Below, piece after piece: positions 63,920 through 64,000 of a DNA stretch of 64,000 bases. The notes beneath the pieces are model-generated. The model had not been told where the DNA came from. It made no database searches and worked only from the letters and a program-made list of their open reading frames with translations. The number at the start of each line of letters is the position of its first letter. The stretch's first letter is position 1. Source of the DNA: Smithellaceae bacterium (GTDB lineage Bacteria; Desulfobacterota; Syntrophia; Syntrophales; Smithellaceae); NCBI GenBank assembly GCA_963667845.2, contig CAXXVL010000001.1:579761-643760 (forward strand). Direction: 5' to 3'. The translations under genes were made by a program, and so were the position numbers.

Positions 63920-64000
63920 GATATTCTCCTTTTATCAGGACATCCGGTTATAAGTGCGAAAGCCTGCTTGGTGCCGGCTCAAATCATTTTGGTCATGATC

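Overview
GC-rich chromosomal segment with a few clearly AT-rich islets. Gene content looks like an anaerobic Desulfobacterota (deltaproteobacterial, Syntrophia-like) genome; that placement is inference only, since no database search was possible. I can support about 55 CDS. Left to right: (i) a two-component system followed by a minus-strand ion-homeostasis block: PMA1-like type IIIA H+-P-type ATPase, NhaP antiporter, DUF2254, STAS, His-rich CopB-type Cu ATPase and a half-size TauE. (ii) Envelope quality-control genes: M16 peptidase, Pal-like OmpA lipoprotein, DegP/HtrA, USP, SHOCT, DUF302. (iii) A complete siroheme-dependent (alternative) haem biosynthesis cluster: sirC-like, hemX/ccsA-like, hemA, hemC, cobA-hemD fusion, two NirJ-like radical SAM genes, hemB and one AhbA/B-like gene. 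(iv) Housekeeping genes polA, uvrC, mntP and recQ, interleaved with lipid-remodelling and envelope genes: GlpQ, a PlsC-hydrolase fusion and a patatin-Omp85 protein. (v) ADP-forming acyl-CoA synthetase, an orphan tail-fibre-like protein, a VIT-vWA protein and an HD-GYP protein. (vi) A mirrored Fe-S protein/hypA/hypB locus. No rRNA, tRNA, CRISPR array, transposase or integrase was recognised by eye. The main features not explained by the genes are these. (1) Three families of intergenic palindromic repeats; two small GIY-YIG nuclease genes each sit between inverted arms of such repeats, and one of them interrupts the haem operon. (2) An 8-copy REP/MITE-like element that comes in two size classes. 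(3) A low-GC single-gene islet after polA, bracketed by repeat copies and encoding a protein with an RNxxxH (HEPN-like) motif. (4) A roughly 150-bp internally deleted relic of the H+-ATPase gene, now forming a 47-codon leader ORF upstream of the DUF2254 gene. (5) A quasi-palindromic Fe-S/tetR/hypA/hypB versus hypA/Fe-S arrangement with no hydrogenase in view. All domain calls rest on motifs read from the translations. Identities quoted are hand alignments.
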